64,000 bases of DNA from Bacteroidales bacterium (GTDB taxonomy: Bacteria > Bacteroidota > Bacteroidia > Bacteroidales > UBA932). The first letter of the stretch is position 1. The number at the start of each line of letters is the position of its first letter. The position numbers were made by a program, and so were the translations under genes. The stretch covers positions 177,637 through 241,636 of the forward strand of contig JAFPWG010000027.1 in the NCBI GenBank assembly GCA_017395045.1, written 5' to 3'. A model generated the notes under the pieces. That model did not search any database and was not told the origin of the DNA. It saw nothing but the letters and a program-made list of their open reading frames with translations. Shown in pieces: positions 63,653 through 64,000 of this stretch.

Positions 63653-64000
63653 ACAACCTGCGCGCAAGGAACCCCAAACGATATGAGGTTCAGCATCTTT
63701 GCGAGCTGTTTGGCGTGACGAAGCAGGCATATTACAAACAAGATGAATCAAGGGTCCTGGCCCAAGCGGCAAGGGATGCCTTTGCGTTGGAATACATCAA
63801 ACACGTCCGGACCAAGGATCCCGGGATAGGAGGGGTGAAGCTCTGGCATATGTACAGGCGAGACTTCAAGGGTAATGACCCCCTCGGGCGTGACAGGTTT
63901 GTGGATATCATCAACGAGCACAACCTGAAAGTCCGCATGAGGGTGCGGAAGCCGCGGACGACGGACTCGTCACATGGACTTCCCACATACCCCAACCTTG
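63634..64000 (+). CDS. IS3-family transposase OrfB, N-terminal part (3' end outside window)
   Basis: My own translation of the -1 frame: SWRQAVDNLRARNPKRYEVQHLCELFGVTKQAYYKQ...GGVKLWHMYRRDF...RMRVRKPRTTDSSHGLPTYPNL. Open to the window end. Confidence 0.75.

Larger units (their letters stand above)
63242..64000 (+). mobile_element. IS3-family insertion sequence, partial (runs off the window; left boundary uncertain)
   Basis: orfA/orfB pair with an A7 slippery site and typical IS3 OrfB N-terminus. No clear terminal inverted repeat identified; only 15 nt lie between the junction and orfA. Confidence 0.7.

Overview
This is a GC-rich, densely packed chromosomal segment. It looks like a Bacteroidales genome, possibly Rikenellaceae/Alistipes-like; that is inference from TAnnTTTG promoter boxes, many lipobox lipoproteins, TonB-dependent receptor, DUF349, PCMD and LAB_N genes. 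All calls were made by eye from the sequence and the ORF track, with no searches run. RNA and regulatory coordinates are good to a few nt.

Most of the window is housekeeping:
- Genes: ilvE, trmD, yidC, gap, surE, lpxB, pssA, rmuC, rlmI and others.
- Oxidative-stress genes typical of an anaerobe: rubrerythrin, an FprA flavodiiron protein, glutathione peroxidase with a MarR regulator, and a nitroreductase.
- Non-coding elements the ORF track cannot show: RNase P RNA (591-942, minus), tRNA-Cys (25512-25585), a TPP riboswitch in front of a TonB-dependent receptor (1752-1832), and a promoter-plus-terminator-bounded candidate sRNA (about 4097-4229).

Candidates for something undescribed, best first:
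1. A five-gene operon, 42219-47550: hypB, a 941-aa multi-cluster Fe-S flavoprotein, hypA, and two uncharacterised membrane proteins. No hydrogenase or hypCDEF genes are in the window.
2. A radical SAM/SPASM enzyme translationally coupled to a lipoprotein and preceded by a truncated paralogous lipoprotein (12860-14657).
3. Unusual exported fusion proteins: class A acid phosphatase fused to a VanX-type D-Ala-D-Ala dipeptidase, rhodanese fused to a metallo-beta-lactamase (MBL) domain, and a lipoprotein flavodoxin.
4. The rearranged right end (61.6-64 kb). A DEDDh exonuclease gene is split into two oppositely oriented halves around a low-GC, repeat-bearing island next to an IS3-family element.

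No CRISPR array, rRNA or recognisable defence system was seen. The many long antisense ORFs in the track are treated as GC-composition artefacts.
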